64,000 nt of DNA, from the NCBI GenBank assembly GCA_010909165.1, contig MU008192.1, positions 552,364 to 616,363 of the forward strand, given 5' to 3'. Every line of letters begins with the position of its first letter. Position 1 is the stretch's first letter. Source of the DNA: Anthoceros angustus. Its lineage: Eukaryota > Plantae > Anthocerotophyta. A model generated the notes under the pieces. The model worked only from the letters and a program-made list of their open reading frames with translations. It did not search any database and was not told the origin of the DNA. Made by a program: the position numbers and the translations under genes. Shown in pieces: positions 22,215 to 35,259 of this stretch.

Positions 22215-25200
22215 CGCCGCAAACATCCTCGAGTGAAGTACTTCTTGATCTTCCACCCATTCACTCTGGTAGGAAGTAGTTCCCCGATAAACTTTCCAAG
22301 ACCCATTTTCATGGTACAACCGCATAGGCCCCATCCATCTCGGGCGTAGCCGGGAAAATCTAAATACCTACTATCGTAAAGGAGCACCAAGTCTCCACTT
22401 CTGAGTCCACGTGAAGCCTCCCATCGTGCCTCTCCTTCCTCTTCCTGTACATTGTGTCTCCTCTAAGGCGTCGTCTCTAGTTTCCTCATGCCTCGCAAAT
22501 TCTTCCAACCTGGCTTGTTCACTATCTTCCACCGTCATTCGCTCATCTTCCATAATTCTATACGTTGGTACCTCAAATTCGATTGGCATTACGGGTGACA
22601 TACCGTATGTCAGATAGTACGGTGTCTTCTTCGTGGTCACCTTCTCCGCAGTCCTGAAAGCCCATAGCACGGAGTGTAGCTTGGTATCCCAGTCATACAT
22701 ATGGGACTTTTGTCAAAATGTTGCATAGTAACCCATTTGTCTTCTCTCGTGAGTCCGTTGGCTTCGGGTTGTAAGGCGTAGTCTTCTGTCGAATGTTGAA
22801 ATAGGCGATCCAGACTCGATTATCTTTGTTGAAATCGTCCCTCGATCGCTAACAAGTTCCGTGGGCATCCATACCTTGTGATAATCCGTTCAAACAAAAA
22901 CTTGGCGGTGGGCGCATCATCCTTCCTCGTCCGCCTCGACCATCTTTGTGCGATGTCATGCAATGTCTCTTTGGTCCGATTTGGTGGTCGAATAGGTCCC
23001 ACAAAATCAATTCCCCATTTTCAAAAGGTGCGGTGGTAGGATGTCGTTAGAGGCCTTTGGGTCGTCTGGGGCCTGTTCGTGACAAGCATCACAACTCGAT
23101 GAATAACCATACATCTATACATTGTATCCCACCAAAACCACATGGTTAGAATCTTCTTTGTTGTGATTGTGGCGGAATAGTGTCCTCCGCTTCCTCTGTG
23201 CAAGGCTTCTATCACCATGGCTTTCTCATTCCCCTCCACATCTTGAATCACCTCCTTCAAATTTGTACAATACTCCCTTGCGATGCAATATGGTGCCGTG
23301 TATGAATCTGACAACTCCTTCCTTTGATAAATCCACGGCAACTCCCCATGCTCTAAATACCTCGACCTCGGCGTTCGATAAGTGTGGACACACGTCCACT
23401 TCTTCTTACGGTCACGGGGTTTACGTCGCGGGTTGCGTAGTCCTTGGTCTGTGGCGTCCCCTCCCGGTTCTCGATGCTCGCGATATCCGGAGGAGTCCCG
23501 CTCGCCCGTTTTCTCGATCCGTCCTTCTGCGGTGCCTCCTGCCGTCTTTCGATCATGCTTTGCACGGCTACCAACTCCTCATCGGGAACTTATCGTTGGT
23601 GGTGGCCTTCCCTTCGTAGTCGAGAAATGAAGTCTTCACATGTTGCTTCCCCGTGTTTCCACCTCATAATCGAACTGTGAGTATCCATCGCGATTCGTCC
23701 GGATAGATCGGGTTTGTTAGTACTTGATGCGAAATGGTCCACATGGAACACAACTTTGCAAGCCAAGGATAGTGTCGAAATTTCTTGCGGAATAGATGAT
23801 GCCGAGCTTCTCTTTCGATCGTGGAGTAGTTCCGTTACGCATCCGAAAGTTGGCGTCCGCATAGAAGATCGGCCTATCATGCTTCTTTCCATCACGTTGA
23901 CTCGGGATGGCCCCTATGGCATAGTGATACATCCACAAAGACATGAAAAGGTTCTTCCGTTGGGGGTTGCAATCGGTGCGCCAAGCTCTTTTCAAACTTA
24001 GAACGCTCGCCGCCGGCCCATCAAAGGAACATCTTTCTTCAGTAGTTGCGTGAGAGGTGCTGCCTTCTTTGCAAAATCAATGATGAATCTCCTGTAGTAT
24101 CCCACTAAGCCGATGAAGGCTCGAACTTGCCTTACCGTTTCAGGAGCATCCATCTCTGTGATGACTACGACCTTTTCCTTATCCACCTCCAAACCTCGCT
24201 TCGAAACACGATGTGCCAGCAGGATTCCTTCTGTCATTCCGAAATAACATTTGCTCGGGTGCAACTTCAAATTGGTTTCTCTACACTTCTGTAAACACTG
24301 GCGAAGATGTCCCAAGTGCAGGCTTCTCTTCCCAAACACACAAAAGTCATCCAGAAATACTTCCATGAATTTCCTCAGGTACTCTCGGAAAATAGTATTC
24401 ACTACTCTCTGAAAGGTGGCAGGGGCATTGCAAAGACCAAAGGGTAATTTGGCATATGCAAACGTCCCCCAATCAGTGGTAAACGTTGTTTTGTCCTGAT
24501 CTTCCTTTCTCAGAGTGATCTGATTGTATCCGAATACCCGTCTAAGAAACTGTACATCTCATGCCCTGCGACCGTGTCCAATACACTATCCATAAACGGC
24601 AAAGGGTGATGGTCTTTCTTAGTTGCCTCATTCAACTTCCTGAAATCCTGACAAACCCGAACTTTCCCTGTTGCTTCTTAGGCACAATCACAATCGGTGC
24701 CACCCATTCGCTTGTGAGTACAGGATAGATTACTCCCGCCTCCAGATACTGATCCAATTGCTCCTTCACCACAAGAGAATACTTTGGATTGAGTCGATAC
24801 TGCTTGATCCTCACCGGAGTCGCTCCTTCCTTTAAGTCGATTCGGTGCACTCCCAACTCCCTGGTATACGGTCATTTGGTTACCTTGAGCGCGAAACAAT
24901 CTATGTATTCCAACAACGGTGATGGAGTTGTTTCTTCTCTTTGTTCGGATGCACGCATATCACCTTCTTCCAGGCCAGCTCCATTTCCTCTAAGGCACGG
25001 ATCCTTTGGTCGTCCGGACAACTTCCTAGTGGCCGTTCCTTCATCCGGAAAATCTTCATTGTCGGCTTTCCTTATCCAAGGATGCGTTCTCCGTCCCTTC
25101 TCCATTGTACTCGATTCTTCCTCTATCTCGACTTGGAAGCGTCACAAGCAGCGGGACAATATGTTTGATCATCGATTGAAGAACTTTCCTCTCCCTCTGT

Positions 25201-27700
25201 CTCCTCCCCACCCTCGGAGGTGTACTCCTCGGTGAGGATTAGTTTCCCCTTCATAGGTTTCCTTGCTCCGACTCAGGCATGAGCCAGCGGCATGCCCTTG
25301 AGCGATCTGAAATTTCCTTCTTCCCCAATCAAGGCGGCTCTTTGCCGTATAGCCATGGCCTCCCTATCAACACTTGATACCCGGTCGGATGACGCATGAC
25401 CACATAAGTCAAAGGAAAACAATGCCTCCAATGTTAGTGGGTATCGCGAAGTACCCCGGTGATGGCCGCGTCGATCCGCCATTCGAAATGGTGCGTGTCT
25501 CGAACTTGGTGTATCCTAGTTTGCTGGCCGTTTCTTCCATCATCAGTTAACCCGACAAGTCGATGGTACCGCCTTATCAAGCGTTCACTTCGGATATTTC
25601 ACGGCACCCAAATCCATGAGTTCCACAACTCGTACATCGTGATTCGTTTGGTTTTACATTGAGTCCCTTTCGCCGCTTCTCGCATCATCGTCGATACTTG
25701 GGGTTGTCGGACAAGAGTTGTCGAAATGTCACAAGGAATTCTTGATCCAACGAGATTACGCAAAGCGGTGACCTTCTCTGAGAGGGTCTTCTTTTCCTCA
25801 ACGATTACTTCTTCTTCTAACCTCCATCTTTGTCATCACTCCCTGACCCATGGTTTTCGGGGTGCATGTTTCTTCCTGAGTGAGTTTCCGTAATTGGCAT
25901 CGAGCATGCCACCTCTCTGATGTCGGTCAAATTTGAAGCCTTGGACCGCCCTCCTCGGGGTCTCTGGCCGTTTCTTCATCTCTCGATCACTTCCTCAGCA
26001 TTCTTCTTTTCTTTTCTCGGATTCAATCTCCGAACTTCCAATTTAAGCATTCCCTTGTCGTCGGTGTCGTCCCTCCTTCCGTCTTGGGCGGAGTGGTGCG
26101 ACCTCGTCTTCTCGGATATGGAGTCCACTTCCCACTTCCAACCATTCGCCTTCTTGCTCCTCTCCCCAACGTTCGTCTTCTACTTCCACCGCAGTGGGCA
26201 CATGTCTCAGGTTTGGTGGAATCTCTGTCCTTGGGGTTAGCGAATCGTACTGCACACGGAGAATGGTCTTGGGCCCGTCTTGCATCTCCGCTATATGCGC
26301 CTTGCAAACTGACGGAAGGGGTGTACCCAATCTCGCCTTAGTTACGGACATGCATTCGCATAATGATCAGGACGTTGTAACAATGGCCGACATTACGGGG
26401 TCGTTGAGAGGATTCGGTCGCCATTGATTCGCGATTGCTTGCCTTGGACCATACCTCATCCCTTTGGGTGATCTTGGGTTGATAGGTGGCTCTCATGGAT
26501 TGAGGCGGTCGAGCTCTGTCACGGCGCATCGATACACCTCCTCTCGAATAGTATGGGTCTAGATCGTACTCCACCGATTGACCCATCGTGTCTTGAGACG
26601 GCATTCACGATGCGTGCTGGCTGGTGATGACAATTGCTACAAAAGACTTGCGGGTAGGGAAGGAGATCGTCGCGTCGGTCGATTCTTGACTAATTTGATC
26701 TCGATGTCACGCGTTTCATCACATCTTCCAAATTGTCTTGTGGGCGACCTTCCATTCGTTCCCTTTTCCCTTCTCTCAACCTTCGCTTCTCTTGTCTCTC
26801 TCCTTCTTCTTGACCAAATGTTCCAAGTCTTTTTCACTCGCTTATGATGTGCTTCTTCCGATTCGCTATCATCCGTCCGGATGTTGAATTCTCTTGAGAT
26901 GATGATGGTTCGTGAGTGTCTTGACGTCGATTCTTCTGAACTTGAAGGCGATGTCTCTTCCTTTCTTCCTCTTGCCACTCGTTTCTTCCGTCTTCTCCTC
27001 CCGAGAGCGGCCTCCCATGCTTGGCTGCTCGAATGCCTTCCTCCAAGGTATCATTGCCCTGCGGTGAATCTCCATCTTCGTGGTAGTCCACGACGAACCA
27101 ATCCAACGCTTGTTCTTCCGAATACGTGATTCTCCTCCGTGTTGTCCACTCTCGGAGGTATCTTCTCCAGCGTAAAACCGTTCCACATAATCGAGCAAGG
27201 ATTCTTTCTTCTTTGCGGTCGAAGTTTTGTTACATGGGTAGTGTGGCTCAAACCAGCAACGAATAAAATCAGCTCGTAACAACTGCGGTGGGTGGGGTAG
27301 AGAACTTCGGCATACCATTGTTGCGCGGTCCTATAGCGATCTGGAAAAATCCGTGCGATCGAGGAATCCTCGATGTTAGCCCTCGAGATGGATTCGAAAA
27401 GTTTTACAAAACTTTCGGCATCGATGTCGTCCTCCTTCTTGGATCCAAATTTGGGATATGGCTGCCTTGTGTGCGGGTGATGGGGCTTGCTCCTCATCGG
27501 CTCCTCCGCTCCGCTCATGGCTATGGGCAAAGGTGTCGATCGTCATGAGCCGGGTCGTCACTGCGAGTAGTGAGAAACTCGGGCAGCTCTTGCTCGTGGG
27601 TTGTGGACTTGATTGTGTCTTCTCGCTCCCACAATTCTTGCTTCTTCTCTCCGGCCTCATGCGCGCCTTACGCAACTTCCGCTGTCGAGCCAAATGATCG
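22215..27700 (-). pseudogene. E1 gag-pol (many frameshifts)
   Basis: gag: PYPKF...DAESFVKLFESIS. Protease region ~25500-25600. RT: MEVFLDDFCVFG, VRAFIGLVGYYRRFI, VAPIVIVPKK. RNase H ~23600-23990. Integrase: HRGSGGHY...KKIL, LHSVLWAFRTAEK, RVNGWKIKKYF. No chromodomain seen. Confidence 0.9.
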
Positions 27701-28331
27701 AGATATTGTCGATTGTAAGTGTCCCAATCCTTGCTCCCTGCTGATCGCGATCAACGCCGCCTTATGGCTGCCTCCCGAGCCCTCTTAACAAATTCAGCGT
27801 GTCGCCGTTGACTCCCCTCAGGATGATCTCTGTCAAACAAGGCGTTTTCTCGGCTGAGTCGAAAAATCTTCTAAGGTGTCGGTGTCGAAGAGGATGCGGT
27901 GCGTTCGGACGGGTGGTAGCGGCGGGACCACCCTACTTCCCCTCGAGTCCTTTCACACCGTTCGTGGGTGATACTAACTCCGCGTGACTCTCGAAGGGTT
28001 CGCAAAGGAATGAGCTCGGCCTCGTTCTTGGTTCCTCTCTTCTTGATGTTCCAAAGTACCACCTCCTCCGTGGAGTAGGCGCTGTCGGACCTTTCTCCGC
28101 AAAACAATCGAGACAAGCGTGGTGACGATCGTGCGTACTTTCTTCCTCGCGCTTCGCTTCCCGGCTTGCTTACCTCCACTCTAGGCGATGGCTCGGCTAA
28201 CCTCTCGGATTGCCTCTATCCGTCGATACTCATCCCGCCCTTTTCGCACGAGTTGAAAGGGGGATGACAGACTCGCAATGCCCGTTTACTCCCTCTATCA
28301 TCATTCACTCACACAATCCTCAAACAGCAAA

Positions 28332-28345
28332 TCCCGACAGCGCCA
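28332..28345 (-). promoter_or_regulatory. E1 primer-binding site
   Basis: Minus strand TGGCGCTGTCGGGA, 4 nt after the LTR end ...ACCACA. Confidence 0.85.
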
Positions 28346-28349
28346 AAAA

Positions 28350-31300
28350 TGTGGTAGGTTTGCCTCGGTCACCCGGAGCTCGCCTCGGTGGCCACACTTA
28401 TCCATCGTTGAATCGTGGGTTCGATCCCCAAGAGATTTGGTTCGGATTGTTTGCAGTCGTTCCTCTCACTCTCTCTCACTCTCATTCGGGTCTACTTGTC
28501 CTCGATGTGGGCAACAAGCGGTGTTATGCTTGTTTATCTGCGCGCTCCACGCCTTCGAGATTCCCTCCACCTCAACACTCTCCTGCCAACTACAGCGATC
28601 AATTCACTCTACGACACACCCATAGCCAACCTCTTCACCATTCTCAAAAGAAACATAGCTCACGGACCACATAGACTCACTTCATTCGATCCCCAAATCT
28701 AACTCTACTCATAGCGTTCGCGGTTTGCACGCCTCCCTTGCGCACAGGGGTGGCTAGCAGGTATTTCTCTCGGGCGATTCGTGCGAACACGGCGGCGTGG
28801 TCGGCGCCGATCCTGCGGGCCACCAACACAAAGCACATCCAACAACAATCTTTCACGAGGAGGAGCTGCGTTGGCGAACCCACCGCGAGGGCCTCCGAAC
28901 CCCACCCTTCGCCTTCTCGTCGCTTGGGCGGCGGTCAATCACACACACACAAAGGGATGCGGAGGCGAAGAATGCATGACAAAGCAAGGTCGGTGTTTAT
29001 TCATTCTTCCACCCTCCCTTTTATAGGTGGGGAGTCGGCCACTCGTGCTAGTTTAATGCTAGGCGACTTGCCAAGTCCAACAATAGGACTCTTGTCGCCA
29101 GTTCGTCCTCTCATCGATCCACTCACCTTGACGAATATCCTATCTCTATCGCCGCCACTCTTAAATACTCACACTTCCCAAGGTGTGCACCACTTGGGAC
29201 AAAACGTCCTCTTGAAAAGGTCCTCGACATCCTCGTTCGCTTTTGTTAGCCCTCAGCTTCAATGTCTTCCCCTTCGATGGGTCGCTAGCCTTGCCCACCT
29301 CCGAGTCTTCTCCGGGACTACTGCTTGCCCTTCGGCCCCTCATGGTAGGTCTTCCGTGGTAGGAGGTTCCATTCCTCCTACTCGTTCCTCGATGGGTTCC
29401 TCCCCTCTCCGTCTTCTTGGTAGGCGGTTCGTCTCCTACCTCTTCGGATCTTGCTATGGGGGTACCTTCCCTCACGGCTGGTTTCGTGACGGAGGTACCC
29501 TTCCTTGGGTCACCTCCTCCTCTTCAGTTCCTACGAGTAGGAACTTTGGTAGTACCATCCTACCATCGGTCTCTTCCTCCCGGCATAGCTCCACCGTCTC
29601 GGAGGTTCCTCTGGCGTCGCCGTGGTGCTTCTTGACTCGCTCGCTCGGCTATGTCCGACTGGCCTTTCCTTGTACCAACTCAAAGTTTTGACCTCCGGTG
29701 CGCTATTCCACTTGGCGTCGAGAGTGAGGTCTTTCTTCGTCTTCCTCATGGCGTTCCTCAATCGCTTCTAGGAGGTTGTTGTAGGTCGCCACCCTACCAC
29801 TCTCCTTCTTTTGTCGTCCATGATGCGGACCCTTAGTGGGATGCCTTTTCGTCCCACCGGCTGATTTGTCACTCCTACCAATGCGGCCTCTTTCTCCACT
29901 ACCGCTCCTCCAACTCAGGCAAGCCTCCCAATCTCCTTATCTTTCTCCATGGCTTCGCCATGTGTTTCACACTATAGCGCTCGCCTACTCCCCTCGAATG
30001 ACCAAGACCCTCCAAAGATCGTTGGGCCATCAAAACTTCCTTAGTTCCTTGCCTCCGTTTCATAGGCGTGGGTAAGGTCGTCGGCCTTCTTCGTTCTCCA
30101 AAAGTTCTCTCGTGTCTGAAGCTCCTCTTTGTGACCCTTAGTCACATTGTCCCATCCTTGTCGTTCCTTCACCAAGCTGTCGTATTTTCCTTGTAATGCT
30201 CCTTCCGTTGCTCCATGGCTAACTTCTTCGTAGGAGGTCCTTCTGTCTTCAAGGTCCGGCCTTGCTAGCTGAATCTGCCTCCTCCTTGCTGCGTTCGATG
30301 CCTCCTACCCTTGCTAAGGTAGCTTCCAACTTTTCTTCTGCCTCCTTCCTGGCAGTTTCCAACTCCTCAGCCCTCTTGGCTGATTTTGCCTCCTGTCCTA
30401 AGACCTGGTCAATCATTTCCCACACATTCACCAACTTGGTGGTCATCCTGTCGCGCTCTTTGGCCAGATCTAGCACGGAGTGTTGCTTCTCGGAGGTGGT
30501 TTTCAGAGCTCCTCTCAATTTCTTCTCGGCGTCCTCCAGCTCCTTTCGTAGGTCTCGAAGTTCAGCACGAACTTCGGCCACCTCCCTGACACGGTCCACT
30601 AGGGCGTCCATAGATCCTGCGCCCACTTCCTTCAGCTCAGCAACTACCCTCGGGATGCCGGTACTACACTTCCCTCTGCTCCTCCTTGGTGCGTAGGTCA
30701 CCAACGTTCCTCGGCGTTCTTCTCGTCCACCGCCTCAAGTCTTGTTACTACTTCTTGGTAGGAGGTAAAGCTCCTCCGTAGGTCCTCCGTCCTCCACAGG
30801 TCCCTACCGTAGGGGTTCACTCCCACCGTGTTGTCGGCCTTCCAATCCTCAACCCTCACGGTAGGTGGTCTCGTATCCTTTCCTCCTTCCTCCGTAGGAG
30901 GTGCTTCTATGGCCTTCCCTTTCTCTTGTTGGGTTCACGATCACGAGGCCTCATGTTGGTTCGCGGGCGTGGCGGTCTCTTGCCCGGGGCCTCGTCCTCT
31001 CTTCATCCTCTGGGGCCTGGCTCTCCTTCCGCTACCCTCACGGAGTAGCTTCTATCTTGGCTTCTTCCGGCTCGTGTAAGAACCTCCTCCCTCGATATAG
31101 GTGTACGAGGAAGGTAGAGACAAAGCGATTCTTGCTCCCTCCATCACCAAATGGTTTCGTGCGCAACCGCTGTTCATCTACGAATGGTGGCCCAATCCAC
31201 CAACTTCCACAGGACATCTCATACATCATCATTAAATGGGAATTTCCAGTCGTCTTCCTCGCCCGCGCGTTAGTCGCCATATCTTGGCGAATAAATTCCA

Positions 31301-32628
31301 CTTCCGCTCCTTGAACAAAGAGATCCTCCAGCCATTGCCTTGCGACCATACTTCCTCCTTTGGTCGTAGGAACATGCTCATAACCTCCTCGGGATCGATT
31401 CTTGGAGGCGAGCTGCGGAATGATCCCTCCCTTGTGGGCTTGGGTATCAAATCGTATCCGGAAATGCCGTACCTTCCACATCCCGGGATGACTTGGTTGT
31501 CGCATCCTCCGGGGCGTCCGCCTTGGTCACTCTCATTCGTCGCACACTCCCCGAACCAAGGCGGGGCTCGCAGTGCCACCAGTACCAAATGACCATTCCA
31601 TCTTCATCTCGGGCGTGGCTCGCGCCTCAAATCTCGAGGTGAAATTGGAGCGGCCTACACTCGAACTCGGGGTGGGTGTTTCTTACCTTTTCCCTTTTGG
31701 GCGGTGTGGCGGAGGTTTCCTCCCGTGGGAGTACCCCGTTCCCGTCCTCACTATCTTTACCATCGCAGGAGCACACACAAGGATAGCAAAATTGGAGAGA
31801 TTGGAGTAATCTATCGGGCTAAGAGAGTGGAGAGCAAAGAGGTGGTGGTTTGGGTGAGACAGACAAGGGGAGTTCTTCCGCTCCTCGGCAGTCGGCCTCA
31901 CGCAACCACTAAGAGGTGGCCTTGGCCCCTTCAATCTCCCTCCAGCCTCCACCTTGCTCGCCTTTTGACGCTTAGCCAAGCTCACCTCGGCGCCTCTACA
32001 CAATCGCCTCCGAGCACCTCCACTCCGCCGCGGATCCCCCTCCACTCCTTTCCATCGCTCATGCGCTAGCTCCGCTCAGATGGCCGCCTCGCTCCTCGGC
32101 GCCTTGGGGTTCGCTCCCTTGCTGCGCCCAGCGACGCTCACTGCCTTCCTTCTTGAGCGCCCCTCCCGCCTCCCCTCGGCCGACTGCGGGTTCGCTGACC
32201 GTTCAAAACCACGGCTAACGAGTTGCGGTACATGTACAAATGCGCCTTAATGGCTCCTCCGATGGCGCCCGTGTCCGGTTCAAAACTCCTGCCATTTTCC
32301 ATCTACAACAACTAGCCCTTTTGGCATATATAGCCATGCGAACCTAAATAATTGAAGGCCAAGGAACTTCCTATCCCCAAATATTCCTACTCCCCATGGT
32401 CCAAGGAACTTTTGGAACCTATCATGCCTATATATGCTTCTATCTACCCATACTTTTTACCCGATCGAACCTCCTGAGTACATGATTGATTAAGTCCGAA
32501 CTCCCTCGGACGTCCTACCATCTTCCTACATTTCTATCGACCTACCTACTACCTACACTTTGAACCACGGCTATTCATCCTTGGCGTCGGTCTCCCACCG
32601 TCTTGGGTGACAAATTCTTAGTTCCACA
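28350..32628 (-). repeat. E1 5' LTR, 4279 bp, TG...CA
   Basis: Bounded by the PBS on one side and by the point where similarity to the 3' LTR stops (GTTCCACA at 32628 and 22192). TATA-like boxes on minus at 32325-32333 and 29018-29026; AATAAA at 28996-29001. Confidence 0.85.
29620..32235 (-). pseudogene. U3-internal ORF of E1 (5' LTR copy)
   Basis: Second copy of the same frame, e.g. PPRIDPEEVMSMFLRPKEEVWSQGNGW... and coiled coil VAELKEVGAGSMDALVDRVREVAEVRAELRDLRKELEDAEKKL (30249-30704). Ends are approximate. Confidence 0.6.
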
Positions 32629-32683
32629 CCAAGCAATAATTATGAGTTGCTCGAGGACCTAAGACAACGTTGTGGTCATCTAA

Positions 32684-32950
32684 GTCTTGATGACTTGATC
32701 AAGCTCAATAAAAGAATGTGGATGACTTGATCAAGCTTAAGGCAAAAGACCCACGGCGGTCACCACATGCATGAAACCGCTGTGCAGCTAAGGCAATTGA
32801 GTCTTGATGACTTGATCAAGCTCAATAAAAGAATAAGCATGACTTGATCAAGCTTAAGGCAAAGGACACGGTGGCGGTCACCATATGTATGGAACCGTTG
32901 CTAAGGAAAACAAATTGAGTCTTGATGACTTGATCAAGCTCAATAAAAGA
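32684..32950. repeat. ~118-bp repeat (2.3 copies) containing five palindromic CTTGATCAAG motifs
   Basis: CTTGATCAAG at 32694, 32726, 32811, 32843 and 32929. Confidence 0.9.
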
Positions 32951-33815
32951 AAGCAAGGCGTGGCGGTGCTCGTCATCCAATGCGGGCCTTAGCTGTTGCC
33001 AAGGGCGAGAGGTTCTCGAGGCGGGGCTCGGAGGTGTTGACACACGACTTACGGATAGCAGGTGTAGCAAGGACGAAGGCGCACCCTACTTAACCTCAAG
33101 GTTTGTAACTACACACTTTGGTGTGCAGTTAGATGCTTAAGTACTTAGTGGAACTTGTGCATATTTAGTGTTACTTGTGCCTAACTTGTCGATATATATG
33201 ATTGGGCGGTTTTGAACTTCAATTTTACATTTGGATTTTGTTGTTTGATCTTGTCTCACGTTTAAGTTGAAGTCTCTAACTTTGTGATACTTGAGCCACG
33301 ACTTTGTTGCAACCCTAGCGGTTATTGTGGTTCTCTTCTGCGAGCTCGTCGAACCACTAAGCCAAACAACCACTTGGATCTTGATGGCAAACCAATGACC
33401 ATTGAGGCAATTGATGCGAATGAGCGGCAAACCAACGACCCCAAATGGGAGTGTGGCGGCACATGTTATAGGAAGAGGAGGTAGCCAACGACCTCCCCAT
33501 AGTCAAAAGTCTGAGAGGTCTTGGATGCGGAGCTAGATGTACCATGGTCAAGTGATGCGAGATTGCATATCGCAAGACTTCATGTTAGCACAATTTAGGC
33601 GTATGCAAATTTAAAGGTGGAAACAAGAAGGGCCGATATGTATGTAATATGGTTGTATGTTTCTTTGTTGTTGCAAAGAATAGCATACATAAATAATTAA
33701 ATAAATAATTTTTATTTACTATGCTAGTGAAAAATAATCACTATACTAAACATGTATACATACAATACCTAGAGGTGAAGAAGTTTCATAGTTTTCTAAA
33801 TACAATTAATAACTG

Positions 33816-33960
33816 TAAGAAGAAGAAGATGAGATGAAGATGAAGAGGAAGAAGAAGAACAAGAAGAACAAGAAGAACAAATGAAGAAGAAGAGAGGAAG
33901 AAGAAGAACAAGAAGAACAAGAAGAAGAAGAATGAAGAAGATGAAGAGGAAGAAGAAGAA
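33816..33960. repeat. (GAA)n-like purine-rich low-complexity tract
   Basis: GAAGAAGAACAAGAAGAAC... run. Confidence 0.9.
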
Positions 33961-34149
33961 ATTTATTCAAGTCCACTAAGGACGGATCTTCGTCATAGGA
34001 TTGAAATATGGCAACTACATAGATTGCGGTAAAATGGTCTAGAATGCAAAGGTAAAATTCAAACAAGACAAATAATCTTCAATCAATCAATAATGTTAAT
34101 GAAATGCATGAGCGAGGGCTAAACACCACAAATTCATCCCCATGAAAGA

Positions 34150-34420
34150 AAGCCGTTGACTTGCAGACGAGCAGCTCGAAAGCGGTAACTTCTCCTTCTT
34201 AATCTTCCATTGCAATGGTGTAAGATCGGTATTGATATATAAGCGTCTCCGTAACATAGACCTAGCCTTCATAACTGGAGGCGATCATCCATGGAGTGAA
34301 AAGTCATAATCAATGCGGTCTCTACCAGATCCTTTCCAAGCGGAAGGCTCGAGCAACGACCACATCGACCTCTAGCCTATTGAGAAACTCCTTTGCAGTG
34401 GTGCAACAATGTCATTACCA
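34150..34420 (-). mobile_element. LINE ORF1-like fragment (decayed)
   Basis: With frameshifts: AKEFLNRLEVDVVVARAFRL-GKDLVETALIMTFHSMDDRLQ-MKARSMLRRRLYINTDLTPLQWKIKKEKLPL-RAARLQ. The RLG...F...YINxDLT spacing is typical of LINE ORF1 C-termini. Confidence 0.6.
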
Positions 34421-35259
34421 AGACCATAAATTCTCAAGTTCAATGCAGCGAAACCGTCGCCTTGATATTGTGTTACCACCAGGACAAGAAGGAGCAGGGG
34501 GGATCGATATCAGAGCCCAAGCCAAATGTCTAAAGATTCAAAAGATGCACAAGGTTCTCTCTATTGTTTTGCCGCTGTTGTTTGAGGTTTTGTTTTGTTT
34601 TATGTTTTATGTTTTATTCTTTTTTTTGCTTTATTATGCCTTAATTTTTGTTGTGCTAGTGGTTTAATTTATATTATTGTAGTAATGTTTTTTTCCGTTT
34701 GGCCATGAAATTTGAAAATGGAGATAAGATGAGAATCCCAATGCTTATGTATTCACAAGAAAAGCCCAAAGTAGGTCAAACCCTGCTATTCCACAACAAA
34801 GTCTCTCGACTAACCTCTTATCCTACAAGTCTAGGTTTGTTTTACGCCTCGTGGTTTGATAGTCCTTGAAATCATCCTTGAAATCATAATATGATGAGTA
34901 GTTCTTTATGTCAAAGGTGTACAAATTGGATGGTCTCATCTACACTAAAGTATTGGGGTCTCCTAATTGCCTTGCACCTTGCAATATTGGGCACCTTGAT
35001 AAAGATTTGGTCTTGTGAAACTAGATATCTGAATGGCTCCTTTTGATGAAGGTTTGAATGCCATGGACAGCCCTTAAGAAGCAGTTTTGGGAGGCCATCG
35101 TGAGCTTCAACATAAGAGGTTCGTGGCAATCAAGGCCAGCCTTAAGTTGGCGTAAGTTTAACGCATAATTCATAACATTAATAAGGTTAAAACTATGATC
35201 ACGGCCTTATTGAAGTTCAGATAGACTTAATTTGAGGTGGAGTTCAAGTGCTCTCGCCC

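Larger units (their letters stand above)
18585..32628 (-). mobile_element. Ty3/Gypsy LTR retrotransposon E1 (non-chromovirus, Athila/Tat-like PBS) with giant ORF-bearing LTRs; left end cut by the gap
   Basis: LTR-PBS-gag-PR-RT-RH-INT-PPT-LTR order on the minus strand. 18585-22192 is a long direct repeat of 28960-32628. Confidence 0.9.

Noticed and set aside
23350-23620. Possible additional (archaeal-type) RNase H of Tat elements between RH and integrase in E1
   Set aside because: The interval is only a short linker, so there is no room for an extra domain.
28738-29691. 317-aa plus-strand ORF in the E1 LTR, and similar long antisense ORFs in TE regions
   Set aside because: Ser/Pro/Arg-rich antisense shadow of GC-rich LTR sequence; not conserved as an open frame in the other LTR copy.
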